In this document: piece after piece, positions 1-10,546 of the stretch
Position numbering within the stretch: position 1 is the first letter of the stretch
How the letters are laid out: every line of letters begins with the position of its first letter
Assembly (NCBI GenBank): GCA_965221905.1
Contig: OZ244922.1
Span: forward strand, 3,264,001 to 3,328,000
From: Chloroflexota bacterium
GTDB lineage: Bacteria; Chloroflexota; UBA11872; VXOZ01
Direction: 5' to 3'
Length of the DNA: 64,000 bases
Notes under the pieces: model-generated
What the model saw: the letters and a program-made list of their open reading frames with translations, nothing else
What the model was told of the DNA's origin: nothing
Database searches by the model: none
Translations under genes and position numbers: made by a program

Positions 1-713
1 GGATGCTCGCAGAGGGCGCGGCAAGCGTTGTGGGAGCCGATAATCGGCGCTGTCGTGATCTCTATCACGTCCCAGAAGCCCCGGTCGCTGATGTGCGAAA
101 TATCCACGATCATGCCCTGTTCGTTCATCAGACGCACCAAGTCGCGCCCAAAGTGCGTCAGGCCGCCGCCGGTAACGTTCTCGAACGCGCCGTCGGCGGC
201 GTGAGCACGGTAGCTCCACGTGAGCGTCATGGAGCGCACGCCGAGACGATGGAGCACCGGCAGCACCCAGAGACTGCGTTCCAGCACCTCGGAATTCTCA
301 ATGGTGAGCACAGCCGCGATCCTGCCGCTCGCCACGATCGCTTCTATCTCGTCTGCCGTAGTCGCCACCGCAATCTGGTCGGGGTAGGCATCCACCTCAG
401 CCAGGAACCAGCCAAAGGCATCCATTGCGTACAACAGATGATTACCCCAGGCGCGGGTAACGTCCACGGCGCAGTAGACCACGTCGATTCCGCCGGCGCG
501 CAGCTTGGGCAGGTTGACCTGCATCTCGTGCCCCTCGGGTATCGCCGTACCCCGCAAGAACGCCACGGCGCTCTCCGGCTCCGTGCGGGCCGGCGCGTCC
601 GGCCCGGCTATGCTCTCCCCGTTGCGCCGGATGTAGGCGACAATCGCGTCATTGTGGGAATCGATGACGAGGGACGAATTGTGCAACTGAGCGGCAGTAG
701 ATTCCGTGGTCAT
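1..713 (-). CDS. Membrane dipeptidase (peptidase M19) family, runs off window edge
   Basis: Not in ORF track. Manual translation from ATG at 713: MTTESTAAQLHNSSLVIDSHND...LTIENS...GVRSMTLTW...GMIVDISH...IIGSHN, which are M19 motifs. RBS AAGGAG upstream. Confidence 0.85.
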   Translation of the reverse strand, partial: MTTESTAAQLHNSSLVIDSHNDAIVAYIRRNGESIAGPDAPARTEPESAVAFLRGTAIPEGHEMQVNLPKLRAGGIDVVYCAVDVTRAWGNHLLYAMDAFGWFLAEVDAYPDQIAVATTADEIEAIVASGRIAAVLTIENSEVLERSLWVLPVLHRLGVRSMTLTWSYRAHAADGAFENVTGGGLTHFGRDLVRLMNEQGMIVDISHISDRGFWDVIEITTAPIIGSHNACRALCEH

Positions 714-1208
714 ATTATCTCCTTATCCGATTAGTTGGATGACAGACACTTCATGGAAACCACTAAGAACTCGTACTAGAGCAGATCTCTTTTGCGCTGC
801 GTACGCTCGAATCTTGTTGGCAGGTCGTAGCGCGGGTGCTTGCTCCCCGCTTCCCCGTGTCAAGCATGGGGCTACGGTGCGCTCGGAAAAAAAGGAGCCC
901 CCCATCCATTGATGTAACTAGGTAAAGTCTAGGATTTAGTACCAATTCGTAGACTATTTACATTAGTTGAAAGTATGATACAATACGAACATATGAACCC
1001 ATCGGCGGCGCTAAAGTAACCCGTTTGGGCAGTTGCCGATCATCATGATTCTAGCTTAGTGCTTATTGGACATCTATCCAGGTAGCGTTGTATTTGCCAC
1101 GTACTTACAGTCTCTTATGACAACGACGCTGTGCCAAGACGATAGGTGTGGGCAAATCGCTGTATTCATTGCGCGCGGCAACCGGTATTGGCGCAAGGCA
1201 GATGGTCA

Positions 1209-1397
1209 GTGAACTTCGAATTTCTGGCAACACTAGCAACGGTGGTTATTGCGGCGATAGCCGTTGGCGGCCTCGTTCTGCGCTTGCAAGGGCAGGTGTC
1301 TGATCTGGGGCAGCGAGTAGCGCGCATCGAGGGTTTGCTAGAGGGTTACTTCATGCGCGACCGGACGGACACTGACACGCCGCCTCCGCAACGATAG
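1209..1397 (+). CDS. Small protein with N-terminal TM helix and coiled coil
   Basis: GTG start; hydrophobic LATVVIAAIAVGGLVL followed by DLGQRVARIEG. Confidence 0.55.
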   Translation: MNFEFLATLATVVIAAIAVGGLVLRLQGQVSDLGQRVARIEGLLEGYFMRDRTDTDTPPPQR

Positions 1398-1458
1398 TTC
1401 GCGCAACCTGCACCATTCTAACTGCCACAGCCGGTTGCCTCCGGGACAAACTTAACAG

Positions 1459-2421
1459 CTAGTTACCCTCTTTCGTCACAACGTCGATCAGCGCTTGGAT
1501 GTAGCCGTTGGCGAAGGCGCGGCCCCGGTGGCCCCACGCGGAGTCGCCGTCGGTCTGCGGCACGTGGTCGTCGATGAAGAAGCCGTCGAAGCCCACCTCA
1601 TGGTAGATCTGCATTGTCTTGTGCATGTCCACGTAGCCGGTATTGATGAACTCTTCCTGGAACTTCGGCACAGGACTTGAAACGTTGCGGAAGTGCACGT
1701 AGAGAATCTTCTTGCGCTCGCCAAAGTAGCGGATCATCTCGTAGATGTCCTCGCCCTGCATCTCGGCAAACGTGCCTTGGCAGAACTCCACGGCGTTGCA
1801 ATCGGAAGGATAGATTTCAATGAGGCGTTTATAGGAGTCGAAGTTGCGAAAGAGCAGGGGAATGCCGCCAAGCCTCTCCATCGGCGGGTCGCAGGGGTGG
1901 ATGCCCAGGCGGATGCCTTCTTCATCGGCAATGGGTGTGATGAGCTTGATCCAGTATTCGAGATTCTGCCAAACCTCCTCTTCGCTATACTCGCGCCCGT
2001 GGGAGATCGGCTTCTGCTCGGCCTCGGCGAAGTCGAATGCCGTCGCAACAGCTCCGCAACGAATCTCCGCGGGTGTGGTGCGCCAGACGTGGGAAGGCAT
2101 CCAGTGATAGCCAAAGATGGGTATGCCCGCTCGTGCCATGTTGCGTATGGTGTAGACCATGTTCTCGATCTGCTCGTCGCGGCGCGGGCCGCCCAGCATC
2201 ACGTCGTCGTAGAAGGAAACCGGCACGTTTTCCAGCGCAGCGAGCTTCAGACCGTACTGCTCGATGTCCTTGCGAAGCTTCACGAGGTCGTCGAGTTCCC
2301 AGCGACCGTTGTCTCCTGGCAAGTTCGCAGTGTTGAGTAGCACGTCCGTCGCGCCGTACTGCGCAGCGAATTGCAGATACTCCGGTAACGGATCGCGGAA
2401 TTGACCGAACCCTACTCTCAT
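1459..2421 (-). CDS. uxuA: Mannonate dehydratase (UxuA) family
   Basis: GIHPCDPP, FCQGTF, YVHFRNV and DHVP motifs; RBS AAGGAGGG. Confidence 0.8.
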   Translation of the reverse strand: MRVGFGQFRDPLPEYLQFAAQYGATDVLLNTANLPGDNGRWELDDLVKLRKDIEQYGLKLAALENVPVSFYDDVMLGGPRRDEQIENMVYTIRNMARAGIPIFGYHWMPSHVWRTTPAEIRCGAVATAFDFAEAEQKPISHGREYSEEEVWQNLEYWIKLITPIADEEGIRLGIHPCDPPMERLGGIPLLFRNFDSYKRLIEIYPSDCNAVEFCQGTFAEMQGEDIYEMIRYFGERKKILYVHFRNVSSPVPKFQEEFINTGYVDMHKTMQIYHEVGFDGFFIDDHVPQTDGDSAWGHRGRAFANGYIQALIDVVTKEGN

Positions 2422-2449
2422 CTCTACCCCTCCTTGAATTATCGGTGTA

Positions 2450-3241
2450 CTACGACATGCAGCTCTTCAAGTATACCGCCGTGGCGGGCAACGACTCTTC
2501 CGGATCGCCGGTAATGCCGCACTCCAACGCCATGAAGCCTTCGAAGCCGATTTCCTGCAAGGCGGCAAAGCCGGAGCGAAACTCCGTGTGGCCGGTGCCG
2601 GGTTCGGTGCGGTTGCTATCGGCGAGGTGGACGTGCTTGACATACTGCGCCGCCCCGCGAATGCTGGCCGCGATGTCCGCCTCCTCGATGCTCATGTGGA
2701 AGAAGTCGGCCATGATATTGACGTTGGGATGGTCCGCCGCCGCGCAGATGGCAGCGCCGTCCGCGAGCGTATTGGCCAGGTGGGTTTCATAGCGATTGAG
2801 CGGTTCCACGAGGATATTCGTTCCCTCCCGCGCGGCACTTTCGCCCGCCTCGCGCAGCAATTCGACGTAGAGATTTCGTTCGAGGTCCGCGCCGCTCTGA
2901 TAGGGGGAAAGGTCGGGGAAAATCGGGGTGCGGCCCCGCACCGGTACGGCAATCACACCCACCAATCCCAGTTCGCCGGCCAGGGCCAGCAACCCTCTAA
3001 AACGCTCCATGCGCGCGGCGCGGTCATCTTTGGTCACGCCCAGCAGATCGTGCTCGTTGCCGGTGCAGATTGTGCTGGCCTGTACGCTGCTATTACTGAG
3101 CGCCTGTTTGACCTCCGATAGGCGCTCCGCCAATTGGCCGTGCATCAACTCCACACCCGCAAAGCCGAACCGTTCCAGGTTGTCGACCTTCTCCTGGAAG
3201 GTATCTCCAGGCACTTTGTTTTCCTGACAGGCAATCTTCAC
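2450..3241 (-). CDS. Sugar phosphate isomerase/epimerase (xylose isomerase-like TIM barrel)
   Basis: EPLNRYE, DFFHM, HVHLADSNR and ALEC motifs; GTG start chosen by RBS GAGAGGAG. Confidence 0.85.
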   Translation of the reverse strand: MKIACQENKVPGDTFQEKVDNLERFGFAGVELMHGQLAERLSEVKQALSNSSVQASTICTGNEHDLLGVTKDDRAARMERFRGLLALAGELGLVGVIAVPVRGRTPIFPDLSPYQSGADLERNLYVELLREAGESAAREGTNILVEPLNRYETHLANTLADGAAICAAADHPNVNIMADFFHMSIEEADIAASIRGAAQYVKHVHLADSNRTEPGTGHTEFRSGFAALQEIGFEGFMALECGITGDPEESLPATAVYLKSCMS

Positions 3242-3384
3242 GAGACCAATTCTCCTCTCCCCTATAGGCCCGCCGATGGAACCCAACTTGGAACCATCGG
3301 GCATTTACAGTACATCAACTCATTCAAATGCGGGGGACAAGCCCCCGCGCTACGTTTTTGTAATCCCTAAGGCGGTTGAAGCCA

Positions 3385-4461
3385 TCACGGTACCAGCATC
3401 ACCTTCATGCCGTCAGCACCCTTGTGTGCCGCTTCGATAGCATCTGGGAACGCACTGATCGGGAAAGTGTGGCTGATCAATGGGTCAACAGAGACCTTTT
3501 CCTGCAAGAGAAGGTCCATTGCCAGCGGATACGTGTAGGGACTGAGATGCGCGCCGTGGATGTTAAGCTCTTTGCGGTCGCCGATGATGGTCCAATCGGC
3601 TTTCACATCCTCTCCAAACACGCTGAACTCGACGAACGTGCCGAGCTTGCGGACCATGTCCAGCCCTTGCGTCACGCCGGACGGGTGGCCGGTGGCTTCG
3701 ATGTACACGTCGCAGCCGTAGCCGTCCGTCAGGTCGAGGACAGCCTCCATCGCGTCAGGGCCGGTGGGATCCAACACGACATCGGCCCCAAATTCGGTAG
3801 CGAGCGCCCGGCGTTTGGGGTGAAGGTCTACGCCAATGAGTTTGGCCGGTGAATAGAGCCGCGCCGCCTGCAGCATGCAGAGGCCGATGCTGCCAAGTCC
3901 GGCAACCACTACCGTATCGCCTACGCTGATCTCGCCGCGTTCCACCGCGTGGAGCGCGCAGCCCAGGGGCTCCACGTACGCGGCCTGTTCGGCGCTGAGA
4001 CTTGCGGGCACCTTGTGGACGATGGCATTGCGCGGCACGCGCACGTGCGTTGCCATACCGCCATCACAAATTCCACCTTTGAAACCGAAAATATAATTAA
4101 CTTGGCACATCCAGTACTTGCCGCGCGTGCAGAAGCGGCAGCGCCAACAGGGGACGATTTGCTCCACCACTACCAGGTCGCCCTCTTGGATGCCCTGCTG
4201 TTCCGCCACAGCCGGATCGATTGACTCTACGTATCCGCTGAATTCATGCCCGGGCACCACCGGCGTGATCACGTACGGCCGGCGGGTATCGCTCCCCCAA
4301 AAGTGCCCGGCGCCGTCATAGCACTTGATGTCGCTGGCGCAGATGCCACAGGCGGCCGTGCGCAGAATCATGGAGGCATCCGTCATGACCGGCATTGGGG
4401 CCTGTTCTACGCGATAATCCTGAGGCCCGTAACAGACCACCGCCTCCATCGTGCCTGCCAT
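3385..4461 (-). CDS. Zn-dependent polyol/alcohol dehydrogenase (erythritol/threitol dehydrogenase-like)
   Basis: GICASD, GHEFSG, CxxCxxC structural Zn site, GLGSIG Rossmann motif. Confidence 0.9.
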   Translation of the reverse strand: MAGTMEAVVCYGPQDYRVEQAPMPVMTDASMILRTAACGICASDIKCYDGAGHFWGSDTRRPYVITPVVPGHEFSGYVESIDPAVAEQQGIQEGDLVVVEQIVPCWRCRFCTRGKYWMCQVNYIFGFKGGICDGGMATHVRVPRNAIVHKVPASLSAEQAAYVEPLGCALHAVERGEISVGDTVVVAGLGSIGLCMLQAARLYSPAKLIGVDLHPKRRALATEFGADVVLDPTGPDAMEAVLDLTDGYGCDVYIEATGHPSGVTQGLDMVRKLGTFVEFSVFGEDVKADWTIIGDRKELNIHGAHLSPYTYPLAMDLLLQEKVSVDPLISHTFPISAFPDAIEAAHKGADGMKVMLVP

Positions 4462-4710
4462 GCTCTTGCTTTCCTTACGTTTGGCAACCTGCCGGCTAAA
4501 CAGTCCGCCGCCTGCCACATTTCAAACCGCAGCGACGTTCTCAGTATGGTAAGGGTCTGGTTGCGGTGTCAAGGCAACGGGGAACGCACCGCGAGCCGCT
4601 GCGATCCCCCACTCAAGCCTGTAGAATCAACGCCGCTCTTTTCACCTTCTCACGAGGCAATTTGGAGAGCCGTGCAGGACAACCTCAGCACACCGCCTGC
4701 CCCCAAGCAG

Positions 4711-5532
4711 TCAACTGTTCGCAGCGCGGACGCTCTGATACTGGCAGCCCTGTGGAAAGTGGTGCACGGGCATGCCCGGGAAGTGCACTTTGAGATACGT
4801 AGCGAGCGACTGCATCCCCCACTCCTCGGCAGTGGCGTGGTTTACGACGAGCAGCGGCAGATCGCGGTCAAGCGCCCAGCTCCCGTCCGCCCAGAAGCGC
4901 ATGCCGTCATCGGTCACGAGCAGCGCATCGGGACCCGATCCATTCGGTGCTCGCAGTTGCGCCATCTGGGGCACCCGGCAGGCGGCGCCCGTACCGACGG
5001 CCAGGCGCTCGACCGTGCTGTTGAGGTCGCCGAGCACCTGCACCTGGTCCTGTCCGATTTCGCCGAGACGAGAGGCGAAGTGTTGCGCCAGCGCGTGGAC
5101 CGTTTGGGGCAATACATCAAAGAGCCCGTACCAGCCGCGCTCATCCGCGGCAAGCAGCGGGCCCTCAAAGCCAAGACCGCGCGCCCAGCTATCGCGTATG
5201 CCGTGCTCCGGCATCACGTCCCAAACGTCGTGGCAGCGGTAGACAACCATGCCGGACTCTGCCAGCCAAGCGCGTTTCGCTGCCGTGTGCGCGTCGGCGT
5301 ACGGGCCGGGATCATCGTCGCGGTGGACGTAATACGTCGGCTCGTGGGTAACAAAGAGGTTGCAGCCCGCCGCGTGGGCGGCTTTGAGGGTGGACCATTG
5401 GCTCTGCCAAGCGACGGCAATGCCGTGCACGTCGGTGCTGGGCTCTCCCGACTTGAATGTATCCACGGTGTGGGACCAATCCACCCACGTACCGACCTGC
5501 CGCATGTGGTGATCGAGATCAATCGCGCGCAT
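4711..5532 (-). CDS. Nif3-like dinuclear metal centre protein
   Basis: VDTFKSG, VTHEPTYY, VYRCHD and NHATAEEWG motifs. Confidence 0.8.
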   Translation of the reverse strand: MRAIDLDHHMRQVGTWVDWSHTVDTFKSGEPSTDVHGIAVAWQSQWSTLKAAHAAGCNLFVTHEPTYYVHRDDDPGPYADAHTAAKRAWLAESGMVVYRCHDVWDVMPEHGIRDSWARGLGFEGPLLAADERGWYGLFDVLPQTVHALAQHFASRLGEIGQDQVQVLGDLNSTVERLAVGTGAACRVPQMAQLRAPNGSGPDALLVTDDGMRFWADGSWALDRDLPLLVVNHATAEEWGMQSLATYLKVHFPGMPVHHFPQGCQYQSVRAANS

Positions 5533-5649
5533 CAGAATCTCACCTCGCCGTATCTTACTTATTGACAACAACTACATTCTAAGAATATACTACTCCCATC
5601 GAGCACCGCATCGTGTCTAGAGTCGTTCCAACAAAGGGAGTACCCTACT

Positions 5650-7032
5650 ATGGAACATCCTCTCTCCGATGTTCACCATTCGCGTCGGGCCGCTTTGGCT
5701 GGCGCCGGGCTGCTTGGCAGCGCCGTTCTCGTGGCCGCCTGCGGGGCTGCCGGGGCCGTTACACCCGGGCAGGAGGAAGCCGCGCCGGGGGCTGCGGGGG
5801 AGCAGCCGGCTTCATCCGGTGAAGTCACAACCGTCGTCGCCTACTTGAGTGTTTCGGGAGACTCGATCGCCCAATGGGAAGAGGGGATCGTAGCGCCGTT
5901 CGAAGCCGAAAATCCGAACATCAATCTCGAGCTTTCGCCGCAACCGGGAGGCTCGGCCGGCATGCGCGAAAAGCTGCAGGTTCAGCTCGCGGCCGGCGTG
6001 CCGCTGGACGTGTGGGAGTATGCGGCCATTGCGGAGACGATGGCGGAGAACGACTGGCTGATTCCCATTGACACCTACGTGGCGCGTGATCAGTACGATC
6101 TCACAGTCTTCGCGCCGAAGCTCTTCGATTTCTATACCCGCTATGATGGCAAGCTTTGGACCATTCCCTGGGGGCACGGCGGCAATACGTTCGTCATGGC
6201 GCTCAACCGCCAGATCTTCGATGAGGCCGGCATCGGCATACCGAGCGCCGACCTGGCCCAAACGTGGGACTGGGACGATTGGATCGACACGGGGTTGCGA
6301 CTCACCAAGCGCCAGGGCGACACTGTCGAGCGGTTCGGCATTGCTGATCAGGGCGGTTGGTGGAGTCATACGCTGCTCTGGGATACCGACTGGGTGAGCG
6401 AGGACTTGAAAACGATCACGTCCGACAACCCGGACATGATCGAAGGGATGACCAACTACTTCGACATGGTAGTGAAGTATCGCACAGTTCCCAAGCCTGG
6501 CGAACTCGACGAAGTGCACGGCATGAACCGCTACGAAGTCTTCAATAACGGCCTTACCGGTGTGGAACGGATGCCGCCCTACGCCATCACAGAGTTTACG
6601 CGCGTCGAGCAGAAGGTGCCGTTGGTGCTCGCTCCCTCGCCAATCGGGAAGCGCTCCGTGCCTGATGTGAACTGGCACAGCTTCGGTATCATCAATGGTT
6701 CAAAAAACCCGGACGCGTCGTGGGAAGTCATCAAGTACTTACTCGAAGACGGGCGCTATGCTATCTTCTTTGGCAAGATTCCTTCCCAGACCAGCTTGCA
6801 CTTATCGTGGTTAGAGGATGAGTTCAAGGATCTGCCGGATGTAAACCTGGCGGCAGCCACGAACAGCTTGGAGGCGGCGGTGCCGCAAACCCGGCTTTTC
6901 CGCCTCAATTGGTCGGCTGTATATCCGGTGATGCGCGACCAGTTCAATGAGCGCGTCTACACCGGCAAGGACGACGTGGCGACGGTGTTGAAGGAACTGA
7001 AGCCGGTCCTGCAGGCGATTGTCGAGAACTGA
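5650..7032 (+). CDS. Orphan ABC sugar-type extracellular solute-binding lipoprotein
   Basis: SRRAAL twin-arginine and AACG lipobox; SBP motifs FEAENPNI, NRQIFDEAG, WDWDD. Confidence 0.9.
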   Translation: MEHPLSDVHHSRRAALAGAGLLGSAVLVAACGAAGAVTPGQEEAAPGAAGEQPASSGEVTTVVAYLSVSGDSIAQWEEGIVAPFEAENPNINLELSPQPGGSAGMREKLQVQLAAGVPLDVWEYAAIAETMAENDWLIPIDTYVARDQYDLTVFAPKLFDFYTRYDGKLWTIPWGHGGNTFVMALNRQIFDEAGIGIPSADLAQTWDWDDWIDTGLRLTKRQGDTVERFGIADQGGWWSHTLLWDTDWVSEDLKTITSDNPDMIEGMTNYFDMVVKYRTVPKPGELDEVHGMNRYEVFNNGLTGVERMPPYAITEFTRVEQKVPLVLAPSPIGKRSVPDVNWHSFGIINGSKNPDASWEVIKYLLEDGRYAIFFGKIPSQTSLHLSWLEDEFKDLPDVNLAAATNSLEAAVPQTRLFRLNWSAVYPVMRDQFNERVYTGKDDVATVLKELKPVLQAIVEN

Positions 7033-7093
7033 TCGCCAGCGCCGCACGTCCGATTCGTGGACGGTGGTGCACGCATGAGCGGACAGTAGTGAT

Positions 7094-7129
7094 AGAGGGG
7101 TGCGGAAAACCGCACCCCTCTTCTTCTTT
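7094..7129 (+). terminator. Intrinsic terminator after SBP gene
   Basis: AGAGGGGTGCGG-AAAA-CCGCACCCCTCT hairpin followed by pyrimidine/T run. Confidence 0.75.
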
Positions 7130-7542
7130 ATCTTCCTGTTGGCAGAGAAATCCACTTCGCGTCGCTAAAATTAACACGCGGCCTGAACACTCCCCACCCG
7201 CCCATTCTTTGTATCCCACCTACCGCCATCCTGCCTCAGGCAGAAGATCGCCATTCAATGTATCGGCGGTCATGCGCTGAACTAAGCCTTGGTAAGGGTT
7301 TTCCCGCCAACAGTTGGTTCGCCAATTGAAAGTGATTGTTTCTACTGCGTAATGCTACTGTGCGAGAGAAGCTGGACTATCCCCGCTTCCACCGCGGGGA
7401 GGTAAGTCGCCGCAAGACAATTCTGTTTGGATGTACCTGCCGCGGGCAGGCATCCACTATGCGGCACACGGAATGCGAACGGCGCGCCCATCTCTCGGTA
7501 TAATGAAGTCACCGCCTCATACATTCCGTAATCGGACACGCC

Positions 7543-9393
7543 ATGGAACCGGATTTCAAGTCAGCACTCTTTCGCTTCTCGCCGCGTCCCAACAGCGCCC
7601 GGCGCATTCCTTGGCGCGCGTGGTCGAGTGAAGCTTTTGCCGAGGCGCAAGCGCGGAACAAGCCCATCCTGCTCTGCATCACTGCCGCGTGGAGCCAGTG
7701 GTCGCATCTGATGGATGAGCGCGCCTATTCCGACGATACGGTGCAGTATCTCGTCAAGAGCGACTTCGTGCCGGTCCGGGTGGACGCCGCCGAGCGGCCC
7801 GACATCGACCGGCGCTACAATCGCGGCGGCTGGCCCACCACGGCTTTTCTGACGCCGGAAGGCGAACTGATGGCAGGCGCCACCTACATCCCCGTGCAGG
7901 AGATGCGCGACTTTCTGGTGGAACTGGCTGAAGAGTACCGCAAGAATCGCGATATCATCCGCGAGAAGCTCGGCGCGTTGGAAGAGAAGCGGCAGGAAGC
8001 GGAGGCCGCGGAAAAAGCCGCGGACGGCGTGCTGACACCCGCGATTCCCGCCGAATCGGTTGCCTTCATTACGGCTGCATTCGACCGCGTGAACGGCGGC
8101 TTGGGAGACGCGCCCAAATTCACGCATACCGAGGCGCTGGGCTTTGCGCTGGAGTGGTGCCAATACACGCTCGACTATGACTTAGCCGCCTTGGTCAAGC
8201 ACTCGCTCGATATTATGGCCCTAAGCAACCTCTTCGATCGCGAAGACGGCGTGTTCTTCCGCTTCGCCAACGACGCCCAGTGGGAGAACCCGGAACGTGA
8301 GTGTACCCTGGAAGAGAATGCGGCCCTGGTCTCGCTCTACGTGGAGGCCGCGCATGTCTTTCGTGAGGAGGATCTTGCCAAATCTGCTGTGCGCGTGCTG
8401 CAATTCATGCTCGATAAGCTGCATGATCCCGCTACCGGCGCATTCTACGGGGGATTCTTTGCCCCGGAAGAGTACTTCCGCCTGCCTGCAGCGCAGCGGC
8501 ACACCATCGATGAAACATGCGTTGACCCCGTAATCCACGCCAAAGAGAACGGGCTCGCAGCGCAAGCCTTCCTGGATGCCTACCGCATGACGGAGAACGC
8601 CGCGTACCGCGACCACGCGGCTACGGTCTTGGAACACCTGTGGGGGAGCATGTGGCATGCCGTGCGCGGTATGGCCCGCAATTGGAACGGGACAGCCTAC
8701 GGTTGGGGCTGGCTGCCGGACCAAACTGCCGCGGCCCGCGCCTTCGTGCACGCATATGAAACCACCGGCGAACGTAAGTATCTCGACCGCGCCCAGGCCG
8801 TTGCCGAGCACATCTTGCGAGTCCATCACGATCCCAAGACCGGCGGCTTCTGGGATAGCGCGCCCGACCGCGTGAAGACATCGGGCGGCGACCGATCCCA
8901 AGCGACGCTGGGGCTACTGGCCCATCGCCAGGAGGTGATGGCGGATACGGCTGCGGCGGCTGAACTCCTGGTTCGGGTGTGGCGCCTCACCAGTAACGAG
9001 CACTATCGCACGGTGGCGCAGGACGCCCTGGCGAACTATGCAATGACGTTTCGGCACTTTGCGCATTTCGGCGCGCTTTACGGACAGGCGGTTGATCGGC
9101 TGCTGCGCGCGCCCACGCATGTCGTCGTGATCGGCTCCCACGATTCGCCTGCGGCCCAAGCGCTGTTCGACCAAGCCCTGCGCATCCATACACCGGCACA
9201 GATCATCCAGTGGCTTGACCCGGAGCATGACGCGGACTTGCTCGCGGCCCGCGGGATTGCGGTGGGAGAGTCGGCACCTGCGGCACGGGTCTATGAAGGC
9301 GAGAAGGAATTGGCTGGGGCTGCGACGCCGGCGGAGCTCGCAGCTATCTTCGAGCAGGTGCAGCCGGAGCGGGAAGAGAACGAGGAACTCTAG
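7543..9393 (+). CDS. DUF255/YyaL (SPATA20-like) thioredoxin plus alpha/alpha-barrel protein
   Basis: IPWRAW..EAF..A...NKPILL, ERPDIDRRY..GGWPTT, FDRVNGG.G.APKF. The usual CxxC appears as WSQWSH. Confidence 0.85.
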   Translation: MEPDFKSALFRFSPRPNSARRIPWRAWSSEAFAEAQARNKPILLCITAAWSQWSHLMDERAYSDDTVQYLVKSDFVPVRVDAAERPDIDRRYNRGGWPTTAFLTPEGELMAGATYIPVQEMRDFLVELAEEYRKNRDIIREKLGALEEKRQEAEAAEKAADGVLTPAIPAESVAFITAAFDRVNGGLGDAPKFTHTEALGFALEWCQYTLDYDLAALVKHSLDIMALSNLFDREDGVFFRFANDAQWENPERECTLEENAALVSLYVEAAHVFREEDLAKSAVRVLQFMLDKLHDPATGAFYGGFFAPEEYFRLPAAQRHTIDETCVDPVIHAKENGLAAQAFLDAYRMTENAAYRDHAATVLEHLWGSMWHAVRGMARNWNGTAYGWGWLPDQTAAARAFVHAYETTGERKYLDRAQAVAEHILRVHHDPKTGGFWDSAPDRVKTSGGDRSQATLGLLAHRQEVMADTAAAAELLVRVWRLTSNEHYRTVAQDALANYAMTFRHFAHFGALYGQAVDRLLRAPTHVVVIGSHDSPAAQALFDQALRIHTPAQIIQWLDPEHDADLLAARGIAVGESAPAARVYEGEKELAGAATPAELAAIFEQVQPEREENEEL

Positions 9394-9438
9394 CCACAAA
9401 CTGCGCCGCGCGGCGCACTGCAAGGCGCTACAGATCGG

Positions 9439-9876
9439 TCAAGCACGATCGGTTGCGTCGGTCTCGGGATCGGCATGCTGAATCGCGGTGCCCCCCTCTT
9501 TTCTGAGAATCATTCTCGCCGTGTCCAGGTCAGTGCCCTGTACGACCACAAGCACCTGCACGCTCGTATCTTCCACTGGTATCGGGGGCGCCTTTTGACG
9601 GGTCAAGCGAGTATTGAAAAGCGCACCGGCCGCGCCGCAAATAACCATGACCGGCAGCAGGAATTCGCTCGGCACGAAGAATACCGTCGCCAGACCCAGC
9701 GCCCCGCCGATGACGCTCCCTTGCGCTCCGCGTAAGAAGACGCGGAACAGAGCGGCCCGAGAACCCTCGTGCTCGACCGGCACCATCTCCACGTCGAAGC
9801 CAAGCACCGCCAACTCCTCTACCGCTTGGAGCGCCGCATTCCGCGTGTGAAACGATCCGACAACCTGGATTGACAT
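9439..9876 (-). CDS. Hypothetical membrane protein (general stress protein-like)
   Basis: VVGSF....AA..AVEEL...GF N-terminus and a Gly-rich TM hairpin. Confidence 0.6.
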   Translation of the reverse strand: MSIQVVGSFHTRNAALQAVEELAVLGFDVEMVPVEHEGSRAALFRVFLRGAQGSVIGGALGLATVFFVPSEFLLPVMVICGAAGALFNTRLTRQKAPPIPVEDTSVQVLVVVQGTDLDTARMILRKEGGTAIQHADPETDATDRA

Positions 9877-10090
9877 CAGGCATGCCTTTTAGTTATGGAG
9901 TCAAAGCACCAGCCATGACAAGCGCCGACTTTGAGGTGTTTTCAATGCGTTTTGGCGAATAGAATTCTCAGTGTCTATCGCCACTCTAGCGGTCTCCTAT
10001 CAAGATGACCTGGACATCGCCGCCCCTCGACGAAATACAACACTCTTTTGATGAAGTAAGGAAGGTGTGACTGCCTGCGATCCAGCAAAG

Positions 10091-10546
10091 TTAACGCCCC
10101 ATGCGGGCACGTGACGCTTCGCCGGATCCGACATCGTCATCACTCAGCGCGACGAGTTTCGGACCTCTCTTTGCAAGAGATAGCACAAAGTACATCGGGC
10201 CAGTTGCATCCTTCATTTTTTCCACAATTCTTGGCAGCCCTACGGTCAACATCAGGTGAACTTGCTGCGCGTTTACCGTGTTCTTAGTCCCACCGAGGCC
10301 CCGAACCCATACGACAGACACTCCCTCTCTCTTGAGTTGATCACCGTGCACTCTCTTCGCAGCGTGATCTTTAGTTATCCAGGCAAATTGGTTTTGCGCA
10401 AGCCACGAAATGAGGTCGGGGTCCTTTGCGCCGCGCTTACCGTACACCTCCGGATGCGTAATCGAGTGTCCAATTCCTGCAAGCTCGCGTGCTACCCGTG
10501 GCGGTAGGCTCTCATCGAGAAAGAACCGGATAGTCTCAGGCGGCAT
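10091..10546 (-). CDS. PIN-like toxin (VapC45/DUF5615-like)
   Basis: RFFLDESL, G.KD.DLI, WITKD motifs; overlaps the upstream DUF433 gene. Confidence 0.8.
   Translation of the reverse strand: MPPETIRFFLDESLPPRVARELAGIGHSITHPEVYGKRGAKDPDLISWLAQNQFAWITKDHAAKRVHGDQLKREGVSVVWVRGLGGTKNTVNAQQVHLMLTVGLPRIVEKMKDATGPMYFVLSLAKRGPKLVALSDDDVGSGEASRARMGR

Noticed and set aside
3-734. 243-aa plus-strand ORF
   Set aside because: Antisense shadow of the M19 dipeptidase on the minus strand.
985-1000. Possible LexA box CGAACATATGAACC
   Set aside because: The right half deviates from GTTC and no SOS gene is adjacent.
4246-5565. 439-aa plus-strand ORF and similar long antisense ORFs (29169-30338, 40768-41745, 57635-58798)
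   Set aside because: Shadow ORFs opposite well-supported genes in high-GC DNA.
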